A DNA stretch of 64,000 nt, taken from the NCBI GenBank assembly GCA_951406725.2, contig OX597837.1, positions 13,826,001-13,890,000 of the forward strand, read 5' to 3'. Below, piece by piece: positions 51,456 to 64,000 of the stretch. The stretch comes from Octopus vulgaris. Lineage: Eukaryota. Positions within the stretch are counted from its first letter, which is position 1; the number at the start of each line of letters is the position of its first letter. The notes below the pieces were generated by a model. The model was not told where the DNA came from, searched no databases, and was given only the letters and a program-made list of their open reading frames with translations. The translations under genes were made by a program, and so were the position numbers.

Positions 51456-53140
51456 CAGAGTCCTGTATGCCTTAACTACAAAACTATCTTCTATTTCACC
51501 TGTAACAAGGGTTCTTCATGTGTAATATAACCCTAGGCCTAAAGCAGTCAGATGGCAGAATGCTTTGCAAAACGGTGGGCAGAATGCTAAGTAGCATTTC
51601 ATCCATCTTTATGTCCCGAGTTCAAATTCCTCCAAGGTTGACTTTGCCTTTTATCCTTTCGGGGTCAATAAACTAAGTACCAGTGAAACACTGGGGTCAA
51701 TGCAATTGACTTACCCCGTCCCCTAGAATTGCCGGCCTTGTGCCCAAATTTGAAATCACTATTACCTTGGGCCAGAGCAGACCAGAGGACACTGGTGACA
51801 AAAAGGTATCTCCATACTCTCCTAAATTCCTGAACTCCCAAGCTGGAGCCTCACCCCTGGATGCAGTGCAATACGGTGCACAGCTTATGATTGTTGTCTG
51901 TACAGAGAGATTATTTCCTTTCCGTTTTTGACGCACAGTGCAGCATCTGACCATTTAAAAGTTAACACCAAAGTATTTAACAAAACACAGTGAAACCACG
52001 TAGGCCAGCAGGCTGCATTGTTAGTCATGTCTGTCACTCTAATATTGATTCAAATAAGAATTTGTTCAGATATGTTTAACAGGTTATATTTTAATACTGT
52101 TTATCTTTTTTTAGACAGTATTTTGATGTTGGCAACATTGCTTTATGCTTTGAAAAACTGAGTTGTTTTGTAAATTATAGCTTGTTTAATTTTTTTGTTA
52201 TGTTATGGTTTTTTTTTCACAGCTTTGCTTCAGGAAAATTTTAAAACGATATATTATATTTATCTTCTTTCCGCCCACTAAACACAGAAATATATTTTTT
52301 TCACTAATACCGTAAATTATGTAGGTGTAACAAGATCAAGAATTTAAAGCAGTTGAACACATTTTCTGATTGCTCAGTTCCACATTGTCTCTGATCAAAC
52401 AGACCCAAAACAAAAAATTCAATTCTTGCCGTCACCATACTCCTCACTCTCTCACCCTTTTTTTTTTTAGACGTGGCATATGTGGTATGAGGGGGAGTCA
52501 AAAAGTAATGCCATTTTGTTCAGGACAGGTATAATCACCAACACAGGAACATGTATCATACATCAAAATAAAGCTGGTCCTTAAAGCATCTTCCACATAG
52601 CCCAACTTTTGGTTCCAAAGACTACAAATGTTCCAAAGAAGATAAACCTTGTTTGACTTTGAAATACTTGATTGCCAAATGTTTTGAAGTGACCGGGGCC
52701 CTGCAGGAAGAAATACGGGAGTCCAAAGGCTGCAGGATATCAGCCACATAGAAAAGAAGCTGTTACTTTACTGATTAGATTATGGACATCAAAAGCAAAG
52801 GATCAGCCCCTACAGAAAAGGGTTGCTAAGGAGTTGTGCTCTCAGTATACTATTAGTAAACTAACAAGGTGCAGGTATTTTTGAAGAACTTCATGAGGGT
52901 CTGTATTTAGCCTTCTGTTCTTGTTTGAGTTCTCTCTGCATATACTTACACTTAGCACTGTCATGTCATAAGTTCAAGGTCAGAGGTTAACCCAGTTTAT
53001 AAAGATAACACCCCCACCCCCGTGAAAGAGCCACCAAGATGTTATGGGGTCAACTTCCCAGCTGTTGCTTGAACTTATTTACAGCTGAGTTGACCAGAGC
53101 AGTGTAAAATGAAGTGTTTTGTTTGAGAACACAATATACC

Positions 53141-53542
53141 TATTTCTTTACTACCCACAAGGGGCTAAACACAGAGGGGACAAACAAGGACAGACAAACG
53201 GATTAAGTTGATTACATCGACTCCAGTTCGTAACTGGTACTTATTTAATCGACCCCGAAAGGATGAAAGGCAAAGTCGACCTCAGCGGAATTTGAACTCA
53301 GAACATAGCGGCAGATGAAATACCTATTTCTTTACTATCCACAAGGGGCTACACGCAGAGGGGACAAACAAGGACAGACAAACGGATTAAGTTGATTACA
53401 TCGACTCCAGTTCGTAACTGGTACTTATTTAATCGACCCCGAAAGGATGAAAGGCAAAGTCGACCTCATCGGAACGTAGCAGCAGACGAAATACTGCTAA
53501 GCATTTCACCTGGCGTGCTAACGATTCTGCCAGCTCACTACC
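53141..53542 (-). mobile_element. Head-to-tail dimer of SINE family B with a single 19-bp TSD
   Basis: TSD tttgagaacacaatatacc at 53122-53140 and 53543-53561. Confidence 0.9.
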
Positions 53543-54327
53543 TTTGAGAACACAATATACCACCCAGTCAGAGAATCTTAACCATGATTTCACAATTTTG
53601 AGTGCAACACTCTATAACCATGAGGCCACTCACCTTAATTCCTTTCATGTACTAAATGAAAATAAAAGTCCTCAGAAATAATTTGGTGACCTAATCAATT
53701 ATAGAACAACACAAAATAGCTGTGCAAATTATTGATATTATTTGAATTGTTGTCGCAGCAGATGGTTTAGTTTAACGAAAAACAGCTCAGTGTTTTTGCT
53801 GTTGTCATTGAACACAAATATAGTGATAAAAAAAATAATAGAAGATTAAATTAAATAAAAAAAGAAAAGAAAAGTGTGGGCAGTGTGTGTTTTGAGATTA
53901 TTGTCTTTCGTTGAGATAAACACCTACAAGATTGTGGGGGAGCTGTGGAGCTGATTGGACCATCCTCCATTCATGTCAACACACCTGTGCTTGTTCCTGC
54001 CCTTCTGCCATACTTTAGCTTTTCAACACCTGGCATAAAGCCACCTCCCTCTCCACTACAACCCCCCCCAATCAGTGGAAGGACTTTTCTTTGTCTTGTT
54101 TGTTACTTGGTGACCCCACGAAAAAGCACCCAGTGCCCTCTGTAAGGCAGTGTATATTAGGAAGGGCATTTAACTGTAGCAACCTATTTCTTTACTAGCC
54201 ACAAGGGGCTAAACACAGAGGGGACAAACAAGGACTGGATCCAGTCTTCACATGAATATATATAGCCAAGCCCTAATATGCTAATTAACTCAACATTAAA
54301 AAAATGTCGAAAATATGTATATATATA

Positions 54328-54716
54328 TCATCATCATCATCATCATCATCATTTAGCGTCCGCTTTCCATGCTAGCATGGGTTGGACGGTTCAACTGGGG
54401 TCTGTGAAGCCTGAAGGCTGCACCAGGCCCAGTCTGATCTGGCAGTGTTTCTATGGCTGGATGCCCTTCCTAACGCCAACCACTCCATGAGTGTAGTGGG
54501 TGCTTTTTACGTGCCACCTGCACAGGTGCCAGACGGGGCTGGCAAACGGCCACGGACGGATGGTGCTTTTTACGTGCCACCGGCACGGGGGCCAGGCAAG
54601 GCTGGCAACGGCCACAATCAGATGGTGCTTTTCATGTGCCACCGGCACGGAGGCCAGTCGGGGTAGCGCTGGCAATGGACACAGTCGGGTAGTGCTTTTT
54701 ACGTACCACCGGCACG
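54328..54716 (-). mobile_element. SINE-like family C with four tandem units
   Basis: (cat)n tail and four GTGCTTTTTACGTGCCACC-type units. Confidence 0.82.
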
Positions 54717-55336
54717 TATATATACCTATAAAGGAGGGAAAAGAATAAAAGCCATAAAAGTGGGATCGCTTTGTTTGACAAAACCTTTGAAGGCAACATA
54801 CCAGTTTGGCTGCCATCCAATGAATGAAACTGGAACTGAATAGAAAATACTGTGAAACAGAAATTACTGTGAGAGAAAATGTTTACTGAATACCATTTTG
54901 ATGAGCATGAGAAAACAAATAGAGCAGTGTTTGTTGGACTTTTATATTTGTGCAGAATGTTCCAGATGAGTGGTTCTCAAAAACTGTGGCACTCCACACT
55001 GCCATGCTTCAACAGGTTTCTAGGTATGTCATGGACTTTAAAAAATATAGTTTAAAGCTAATGGAATAGATTTGTACGAATAGCATTCTGTGTGTCTTAC
55101 TTAGCGAGTATATACTGGGTTGAGGAAAAGTCTGTACACCGTGTTAAAATAATGATTATTTTTTTATGCAAGAATTTATTCAAACTGTATGTATCCTTCA
55201 TTTGCAATCTTCTGTGACAACATGCCTGGCCGTGGGGGAATATCACCTTACTTGGACACAGGAGAGGGTTGGCAACAGAAAGAGCATCCTGCCCTGGAGA
55301 ATCTGCCTCAATAAATTCTGCCTGATCCATAGGAAA

Positions 55337-55755
55337 TACCTATTTCTTTACTGCCCACAAGGGGCTAAACACAGAGGGGACAAACAAGGACTGACAAATG
55401 GATAAAGTTGATTATATCTACCCCAGTGCGTAACTGGTACTTAATTTATCGACCTCGAAAAGATGAAAGGCAAAGTTGACCTCGGCGGAATTTGAACTCA
55501 GAATGTAAAGACAGACGAAATACCTATTTCTTTATTACCCACAAGGGGCTAAACACAGAGAGGACAAACAAGGACAGACAAACGAATTAAGTCGATTATA
55601 TTGACCCCAGTGCGTAACTGGTACTTAATTTATCGACCCTGAATGGATGAAAGGCAAAGTCGACCTCGGCGGAATTTGAACTCAGAACGTAACGGCAGAC
55701 GAAATACCGCTAAGCATTTTGCCCAGCGTGCTAACACGTCTGTCAGCTTGCCGCC
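55337..55755 (-). mobile_element. Dimer of SINE family B
   Basis: Two bodies joined at gaaatacctatttc, with one head. Confidence 0.85.
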
Positions 55756-56687
55756 TGGAAATACAATGATGATGATGATGATGATGACAACGATGATGAT
55801 GAAAAGTTTGATGACGGTGACAATGATGACGATAATGATGATATTGTCATCTCGGTTAGAATATAACATACAGCGATCCCTTTTTGTGACATGTTGTGAT
55901 GCATGCTGGGAAAAACATATTAAGATTTCTTTTTGACTAATATACTGTGACTTTATTAGTAACTGGGTGAGAAGAAAAACTGAATCTGATACAAACAAAC
56001 TTTTATTATCTTTTGCTTTGATTTCTTTTTCCTTTTCTTTCTTTCTTTCTTTCTTTTGCTTGCATAGGAACGTCTGTTACTTCATTGATTGCTTATTACG
56101 CATTTTATAAATCTATTCAAGCAATACGTCTCTCCTGATGATTAATATCAAACTTGTTCAAAAGATTTCTACCTCAGTCTAAACATGGGAAAATTGAACA
56201 ACACCATTACACACACACACACACACACACAAGTTACATTATATTAGGTGATGCTAACAGCCTTGGCGCAGGTTTACAGGAATAGATTATAGTTCACTTG
56301 TTTAACTTGTACTCTGCTTTTCTTTTTAAATTTATTTGATATTGTATTGGAGAAACAGGATTTCATTGTGTAACTCCATAGTTTCTGATAAAACTAAAAA
56401 TATACCTTTCAACCAAACAGCCTGAATATGTGTATGCTCTGTTGTTAGGCACTCATTTTGTAGCCTTTCTGAGAACATCTACCCCAATGTCTCACTACAA
56501 AATACAGACAGCATAATTGGGAAAGTTTTGATTCAAATTTTCACTGCTCTTAGTTGGGAGAATATACCAGGGTACCCCAGTTTATATTATTTTGAGATTT
56601 TTCAACTTCACTCTTACTCGTTTTACTCTTTTACTTGTTTCAGTCATTTGACTGCGGCCATGCTGGTGCACTGCATTTAGTCGAGCA

Positions 56688-57180
56688 ACTTTGCCTTTCA
56701 TCCTTCCGGGGTCGATTAAATAAGTACCAGTTACGCACTGGGGTCGATATCGATATGATCGACTTGATCCATTTGTCTGTCCTTGTTTGCCCTCTCTGTG
56801 TTTAGCCCCTTGTGGGTAGTAAAGAAATAGGTATTTCATCTGTCGCTACGTTCTGAGTTCAAATTCCGCCAAGGTGGACTTTGCCTTTCATCCTTTTGGG
56901 GTCAATTAAATAAGTACCAGTTACACACTGGGGTCGATGTAATCAACTTAATCCCTTTGTCTGTCCTTGTTTGTCCCCTCTGTGTTTAGCCCCTTGTGGG
57001 TAATAAAGAAATAGGTATTTTGTCTACCGTTACATTTTGAGCTCAAATTCCGCCAGGGTCGACTTTGCCTTTCATCCTTTCCTGGTCGATAAATTAAGTA
57101 CCAGTTGCGTACAGGGGTCAATCTAATCAACTGACCCCCTCCCCTAAGATTTCGGGCCTGTGCCTAGAGTAGATAAGAAT
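56688..57180 (+). mobile_element. Trimer of SINE family B; the last unit has the alternative tail
   Basis: Junctions gaaataggtattt at ~56824 and ~57008; the final tail is gggcctgtgcctagagtagataagaat. Confidence 0.85.
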
Positions 57181-57984
57181 ATATAATTGATCGCAGTGAA
57201 GGTAATATATTAGGCTCCAAGTTAGGAGCAACGTTGACATTCTGGTTTAGTTATGATTCTTTGAGTGAATGGTTTTGTGGTTAGGCCATTCGGCTCATGA
57301 TTGGAAGGTTGTGAGTTCAATATCCAGCAGTGTGTTGTGTCCTTGAGCAAGACACTTCATTTTACATCACTCAAGTCCACTTATCTGGCAAAAATTAGCT
57401 GTGCCTGTAATTTAAAGGGGTCAGTCTTGTTACATCCTGCATCATGTTGAATCTCCTTGAGAACTACATTAAGGGTACGCTTGTCTATGGAGTACCCAAC
57501 CACTTGTAGATTAATTTCTCAAGCAGGTTGTTTTGTCAATGATCAGATTAACTGGGACACTTGTCATTATGACTGACAAATTGGTTGTCATTTGAGCCGG
57601 GAGACTTCACATATTGTAGTTAAATTTAGTTACTCTGTTGACACCTGTTAAAATTTGATATGTTGTGATCTCGTTTTGTTTTTTTCCTGACATATTGTGA
57701 TTCATACGGGGATAACGACATATAAAGATTTTAGTTGGAGTATAATATGTTGTGGACTATAAATATGCTCAGTGAAGGTGCATGGCTCAGTGGTTAGAGC
57801 ATCGAGGTTATGGTCATGAGATTATGAGTTCAATTGTGAGAAGTACCGCTAAGCAGTTCACCTGGCGTGCTAACGATTCTGCCAGCTGCTGCCTTCAAGA
57901 TTACCTAATCTCAACCAATTGTGGCCAAAAGCACTGAACCACTATGCAAAAAGACCCCCCCCCAAAAAAAAAACACAAGACAAA

Positions 57985-58392
57985 CGCAGGAGTGGCTGTG
58001 TGGTAAGTAGCTTGTTTACCAACCACATGGTTCCGGGTTCAGTCCCACTGCGTGGCACATTGGGCAAGTGCCTTCTACTATAGCCTCGGGCTGACCAATG
58101 CCTTGTGAGTGGATTTGGTAGACGGAAACTGAAAGAAGCCCGTCGTATATATGTATATATATATATGTATGTGTGTGTTTGTGTGTCTGTGTTTGTCCCC
58201 CCTAGCATTGCTTGACAACCGATGCTGGTGTGTTTACGTCCCCATCACTTAGCGGTTCGGCAAAAGAGACCGATAGAATAAGTACTGGGTTTACAAAAAG
58301 AATAAGTCCCGGGGTCGAGTTGCTCGATTAAAGGCGGTGCTCCAGCATGGCCGCGGTCAGATGACTGAAACAAGTAAAAGAGTAAAAGAGTA
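57985..58392 (+). mobile_element. SINE family A, full-length reference copy
   Basis: Head gcaggagtggctgtgtggtaag..ggttccgggttcagtccc, CORE-like segment, internal (TA)(GT) tract and gtaaaagagtaaaagag tail. Confidence 0.9.
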
Positions 58393-58720
58393 AACAAAAA
58401 AAACAGTAGACATTTCCAGAAAATTGTGCATGTAGGACCCATGGGGATTTTTTGAAACATTTCTGGGGGAGAAGTAGAATGTCTGATACGTAATGAAATA
58501 TGATAATATATCCACATATATATAAATTGCTTTCTCTGCTGGGGTAAACAAAAGCAGCTGTGTCGTATGAAGTTTATTTTCCAACCACATGGTTCTGGGT
58601 TCAGTCCCACTGTGTGGTACGTTGGGCAAGCATCTTCTGCTATAGTCTTGGGCCAGCCAAAGTCCTGTGAATGGATTTGGTTGACAGAAACTAAAAGAAG
58701 CCTGTCGTATATATGCATAC

Positions 58721-58754
<34 letters not shown>

Positions 58755-60989
58755 TTGTGTCTGCAGTTGTTTCCCACCACTACACTACACGACAACTGGT
58801 GTTGGTGTGTTTACATCCCTGTAACTTAGTAGTTCAGTAAAAGTAACTGACAGAATATGTACTAAGCTTAAAAAGAAAAGAATAACTACTGGGGTCGGTC
58901 CATCTGACTAAAATTCCTCAAAGTGATGCCCCAGAATGGCCACAGTCTAGCGACCGAAACAAGCAAAAGGATAAAGGAATAAAAGAATAAAAGAATTACG
59001 GAATATAGAGTGAGTAACCAAACTGCGTAGTTTAGATGAGAACAGATGTAAAATGATTAAAGTAGGTCAGGTAAGTAAGGGAATCTGCATGTAATTAACA
59101 CCTGCCAGGTAGGTCAGTCTCTTCTAAAAGTGATCAGTCTGCTGTAGTGCTTTATTTCTCTATTTTTAAAATTATATATTTTCAGGTTGGAAACAGTTAA
59201 TATTTCATTCATGACCCACTTTATTATTTTTTTTCCTGTCATTTGACTGTGGCCCATGCTGGAGCACAGTTTTGGAGGAGGGTTTTAGTGAAATAAATTG
59301 ACCCCTCCTGCCCCCCAGGACTTTTTTTTTTTAAAGCCTGATACTTGTCCTATTAGTCACTTTTGCTAAACTGCTAAGTTATGAGGATGTAAACACACCA
59401 ACACACACAGTTTTCTTTACGTACTATAAAGGGCAGAAGTAAATCCACCTTCAACTCAGTCGCATGCCTGTGTTTCGCTTATTTTACTTAGCAATATTTC
59501 GCCTGTCTTTATGTTCTGAGTTCAAATTCCACTGAGGTCGACTTTGACTTTCATCCTTTTGGGGTTGATAAATTAAGTACCAGTTGCGTACTGGGGTCAT
59601 TCTAATTGACTGGTCCCTCTCCCTCAAAATTTTGGGCCTTGTACCTAGAGTAGAAAAGATTGGATTTAATTAATTTTTCAATACAAAGTATGAAAGCTGC
59701 TCGTCAGAGCTAAGGTGTGTGCTCTTAGCAGGGTCAGATTAAGACCCATAGAGGCTCTGTAAGCACTTAAAAGATTTACTACATAAATGTCACCAACTGT
59801 CTATTCTGGATAACTACTGATGGCACGTGCCTGGTAGGTATGTATGTATTTGTTTGTCCTCCTGCCGTCACTTGACAACTGATGTTGGTTTGTTTACATC
59901 CCTGAAGCTTAGCGGTTCAGCAAAAGAGACAGATAGAATAAGAATTGGGTTTACAAAGAATAAGTCCTGGGGTTGATTTGTTTGACTAAAGGCGGGGCTC
60001 CAGCATGGCCACAGTTAAATGACTGAAACAAGTAAAAGAATAAAAGTGACATAATATTTCCCTCGATGGACCAGATATGTTTTTGCAGAATATTGGGAAT
60101 GAATGACACCGCTTGTATGACAGTGACACTCATCTACGACTAACACACACTGTTAAGGCAAGGAAACACAAACACACACACACATTCCCATGTTTTGTCA
60201 GTTTCGAATCATCCTCGAAGGTTCTGTGACTTTTCTTCTTTTTTTTTTGTCCCCTAAGTTGGGATGTTGGCTCTACAAGAACTCGTTTTCATTTCCGAAA
60301 AAGGTGGTCAGTATTAGTTTGGCCTCTCTCTTTTGACCTGGGAGCTTGAGCTTGTCTTCCAGGAACTGACAAAGCTCTCAAGGGCTTAAGGTCACTGAGG
60401 TGCACAAACCACCACACAAGGGGCCAACTCTGTCTTTCATTCTTTCAGAGTCAATAACTAAAACACAACTTCATTCCAATCTTGGAGTCAACTCCTCCTC
60501 CTCCTCCTGATGGGTTCCACAACGTGAGAGTTGTGGTGGTGGTGGTGGAGGCAGCAACGGTGGTGTTAAAAAGAGCACTGGATTCAGTTCAAGACTTAAT
60601 TGTATTACATTAACGATGATGATGACGATGATGACGAGAATGATTATGTTGTTTTTTTTTTGTTTTATCAAAGATGTTCCTTCAAATTTCTTTGAAAGTT
60701 TTGTTTGTTTTATTTCATTTCAAAAGTTTACAGTAAAAAAAAACAACTTTTGACCAGTGTTGTTACTAATCTGACCAGAATCCTGTGGAATTGTCCATTT
60801 CCATTTTGTCTTCCTCTCTTTTGGAGAAGAATTTATTAATTTCTTTTTTTTTTGTTTTTTTAGAATTGACATATTTTTTTTAAATAAAAAGAATAATCAA
60901 AACATGGAGTTGAAATTTTAACTAGAATAATAAAATAGAGGTAAATTATAATTGGAACGACAGCTTTGGCTCTGCCTCCTCCGTCTCAA

Positions 60990-61800
60990 GCCAAAGCACC
61001 ACCACCACCATCACCACCACCACCACCACCACCACCACCACCACCACCACCACCAGTATTGACATTGCTGCCCCCACATTGGCAGTTAACTCTATCAACC
61101 CCCCCAGCACCCCCATAATCCAATCACCACCACCACCACCACCATCACTACCACCACCATCATCACCACCACCACCACCAAACCCACCACCACCACCACC
61201 ACCACCACCACCACCATCACCACCATCATCACCACCACCTCCACCACCAAAGTAAATGCAACAGATGGAAGCAACAACAACAACAACAACCGCAACTGAA
61301 ATGAAAGAACAAACTGTAACAGTGACGTCATCACTAGTGCCACCCCACCCACGCCCCTCCCCCCTCCCACCCGTAATTGATGGAGCAAATGACAACAGCA
61401 GCAACAATTATGCTAATGACAAATGTAAAGAAAGGAGCAGCAATGGCAACAACAACAACAACAACAACAACTAAAGGAAGAGCAAACAAAAGGAAGAGCA
61501 ATAAACTGTCAAATGCTGCCACCACCACCACCACCACCACCACCAACATCACCACCACCACCACCACCATGAGGGGCCATCTTCAACAACAACAACAGCA
61601 GCAATGCCACCCCCACAGCAACATTTTGCTCTATAATCACCACCACCATCACCACCACCATCACAACTGTCACCATCATGGCCATCTTCAACAACAACAA
61701 AAACGCTGCCGCCCCCGCAACAGCATGTTGCTCTATCACCACTACCAAAAACCACTACCACCACCACCACTGTTACCACCTTGCTCCATCTTTGAGACAG
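60990..61800. repeat. Trinucleotide low-complexity region (CAC/CCA/CAA) with an internal ~100-bp duplication
   Basis: ggccatcttcaacaacaacaa...ttgctctat occurs at ~61575-61634 and ~61680-61736. Confidence 0.8.
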
Positions 61801-62500
61801 CCTCCTGACCCCATCCTTCGAGAACTGGGCATCTTTCTGGGTCATGAATTGGTCTGAGTGTTTCGTTTACATTCCTGTAACTTAGCAGTCCAACAAAAGT
61901 GATTGATAGAAGTTCTAAACGTAAAATAATTACTGGGATTGATTTGTGTGACTAAACCCTTGAAGGCAATGCTCCAGCATGGCCATAGTAAAATGACTGA
62001 AACAAGTAAAATTTAAAAGATGAAAAAATGAAATTTCCATCATATTATCCCAGCGAACATCAACAGAACATAAACGACCATGCCATCTTAATTGGGATTG
62101 CATAATCAGAACAACAAGGATATCAACAACAACAGCAACAACAACAGCAACAATAGCAACAGCAGCAGTAGCACCACAACCACCACCACCACCACCACCA
62201 CATTACAACTATTACATAATACTGAACTTCCAGAAACAGCTGTTGAGTTAAAAAGAACTATGCATTCTCCCCATAGTCATTTGCAAAAGTAAATTAATTT
62301 GTTAATATATGTAAATATCTATATGGTTGAACATATGGGATTATCTTCTGAATACATTTAGTTTTTGTATCTACACCTATCCCTATATATATATATATAT
62401 GAATAAATAAATGGAGTTTAACATGTGAGATTTTTGCTGCCCTGGTAACTATTTATTTATTTTTTCCGTGTTAATTGTTAACAAGGTAAAAATACACTCA

Positions 62501-62540
<40 letters not shown>

Positions 62541-62565
62541 TGTGTGTGTGTGTATATATATATGT

Positions 62566-62872
62566 ATTAGAAGGTTTGGAGATGATGAACAGGTATTATA
62601 TATTAGAAGAAATGAGGTACTCAGAAATCTGGATGGTTTTATATTTACAGATATTTATTAGCATGTTACATGGTTTTATACATCATATATCATATATTAG
62701 CGCTTTTGTCCATTCCAGTGGAGTCTTTTAGTGGAGTCAGTTCAATTTGAAGACTCCACTAGAATGGACAAAAGTGCTAATATATGATATATAAAAACAT
62801 GTAACATACTAATAAATATCTGTAAATATAAAACCATCCAGATTTCTGAGTACCTCATTTCTTCTAATATAT
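62566..62872. mobile_element. Fold-back element with a degenerate hammerhead-like motif
   Basis: Arms ~62599-62727 and ~62750-62871 are near-perfect reverse complements. The right arm reads tTGAAGA-cTCCA ctagaa TGGAc-aAAA-gtgc-TA (gcgc in the left arm). Flanked by TA/GT microsatellites. Confidence 0.55.
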
Positions 62873-62874
62873 AC

Positions 62875-62914
<40 letters not shown>

Positions 62915-62928
62915 ATATTTACATATAT

Positions 62929-63129
62929 CAGTGCTTTTCAAACTTTTTGCTGGAGCGGAACCCCAAGGAAACATTCCACTGGCTCGAGGAACCCCTGTGC
63001 AATAATTTAATAGTCTTATGCACACATATCTGCACAGGAGAATTAAAAATTACTGCCGATTTTAGCATTTTTGTAACTTCTTGCAGAACCCCTGGACTGT
63101 ACTGGTGGAACCCTGGTTGAAAACCACTG
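62929..63129. mobile_element. hAT (Charlie-like) MITE
   Basis: TIR CAGTG(C/G)TTTTCAA; perfect 8-bp TSD acatatat at 62921-62928 and 63130-63137. Confidence 0.88.
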
Positions 63130-64000
63130 ACATATATCAATCTTTATCATGTTTATCTGCATTGCTATCTCTATATACACACAACAGGCTTCTTTTGCAG
63201 TTTCCACGAACCAAGTCCACTTGCAAGACTTTAGTCAGCTTGAAGCTACAGTAAAAGAAAGAAGACATTTGCTCGGGGTGACATGCAGTGGGACTGAACA
63301 CAAAACCATTTGGCTGGGAAGCCAACACCTTTACCACACAGCCACAGCTGTGCCTAACAAACCCCAAAAAACCCATCCCAAACAACCCATGTGTGGCCTA
63401 TGAGTGTAACATCAGCCGTCTCTTCTTATACGCTCTGTGGTTTCAACAGAGACTGGAAATAATGACGAAATATACCCAGTTGCGAGAGTAATCGCTTTTA
63501 GCAGAGCCTAATCTACCGTGCAGGTGTTCGCAAGGTGACAACTCCTTCACCTGAATGACCCAGTTGTCAACTTGCATCTGTTATTATGCAAATTACATAG
63601 CTTCGTTATTCAGTCTGCACATAAATCTTTTCTTATGAGTTTAACAGATTTTCTTTTTTGTTTTATGTTTTTTTTGTGTTGTTTTTTTTTGTTTTTTTTT
63701 AATATATATATACTATTTATTTGTTTGTTTATGTATTTCAATGTTGCGTCAGAGGAAAAAGGAAGAGAGTAAGGGAAGGAGGGAGGGAGGGAGAGGGAAG
63801 GAGGGGGGAGAGACAGCGAGAGGGAAGGGAAGAGGGGGGTATTCTCACTAATGCTTTTATATCTTTAGCCGATATGCATTGATCAAAGATATCCACACAC
63901 ACACACACACACACACATGCATACAAACCTCTCTCGTACACACACGCACACACACACACTTGGACAATCACATACACTCACACACACTTACATACAAACA

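Noticed and set aside
52570-52640. Possible mariner YSPDL-region remnant (VLKHLPHSP...)
   Set aside because: Too degenerate to support without an alignment.
59060-59200. Isolated plus-strand splice-like signals (CAG|GTAAGT, tttcAG)
   Set aside because: No coherent ORF or partner exons, so a plus-strand gene cannot be supported.

Overview
AT-rich, repeat-dense eukaryotic DNA. The tRNA-derived SINE families and the microsatellite load suggest an octopus genome; this is inferred from repeat content and not verified. One host gene is well supported: a minus-strand CD164/TMEM123 (endolyn/porimin/visgun) family sialomucin. It has a signal-peptide exon at 37627-37729, a ~26.4-kb phase-1 intron and a terminal mucin/TM/NYHTL exon at 10831-11219 (163 aa if no other exons exist). 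A 5' non-coding exon next to an ETS motif at ~38.37 kb and a ~2.6-kb transposon-free 3'UTR are probable. The rest is mobile-element debris: four SINE types (some multimeric), CR1, RTE and L1/Tx1 LINE fragments, an Hsmar1-like mariner, Tc1, Helitron, hAT-, piggyBac- and Merlin-like MITEs, and mini/microsatellites. The most unusual signal is five mutually unrelated short non-coding elements, four of them abutting (TA)n/(CA)n tracts and two forming long fold-backs. Each carries a degenerate Penelope-type minimal hammerhead-ribozyme motif (CUGANGA-stem II-GAAA-palindrome-UH), which suggests a set of non-autonomous ribozyme-bearing retroelements. No CRISPR array, rRNA or true tRNA gene was found. 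All alignments were done by eye.
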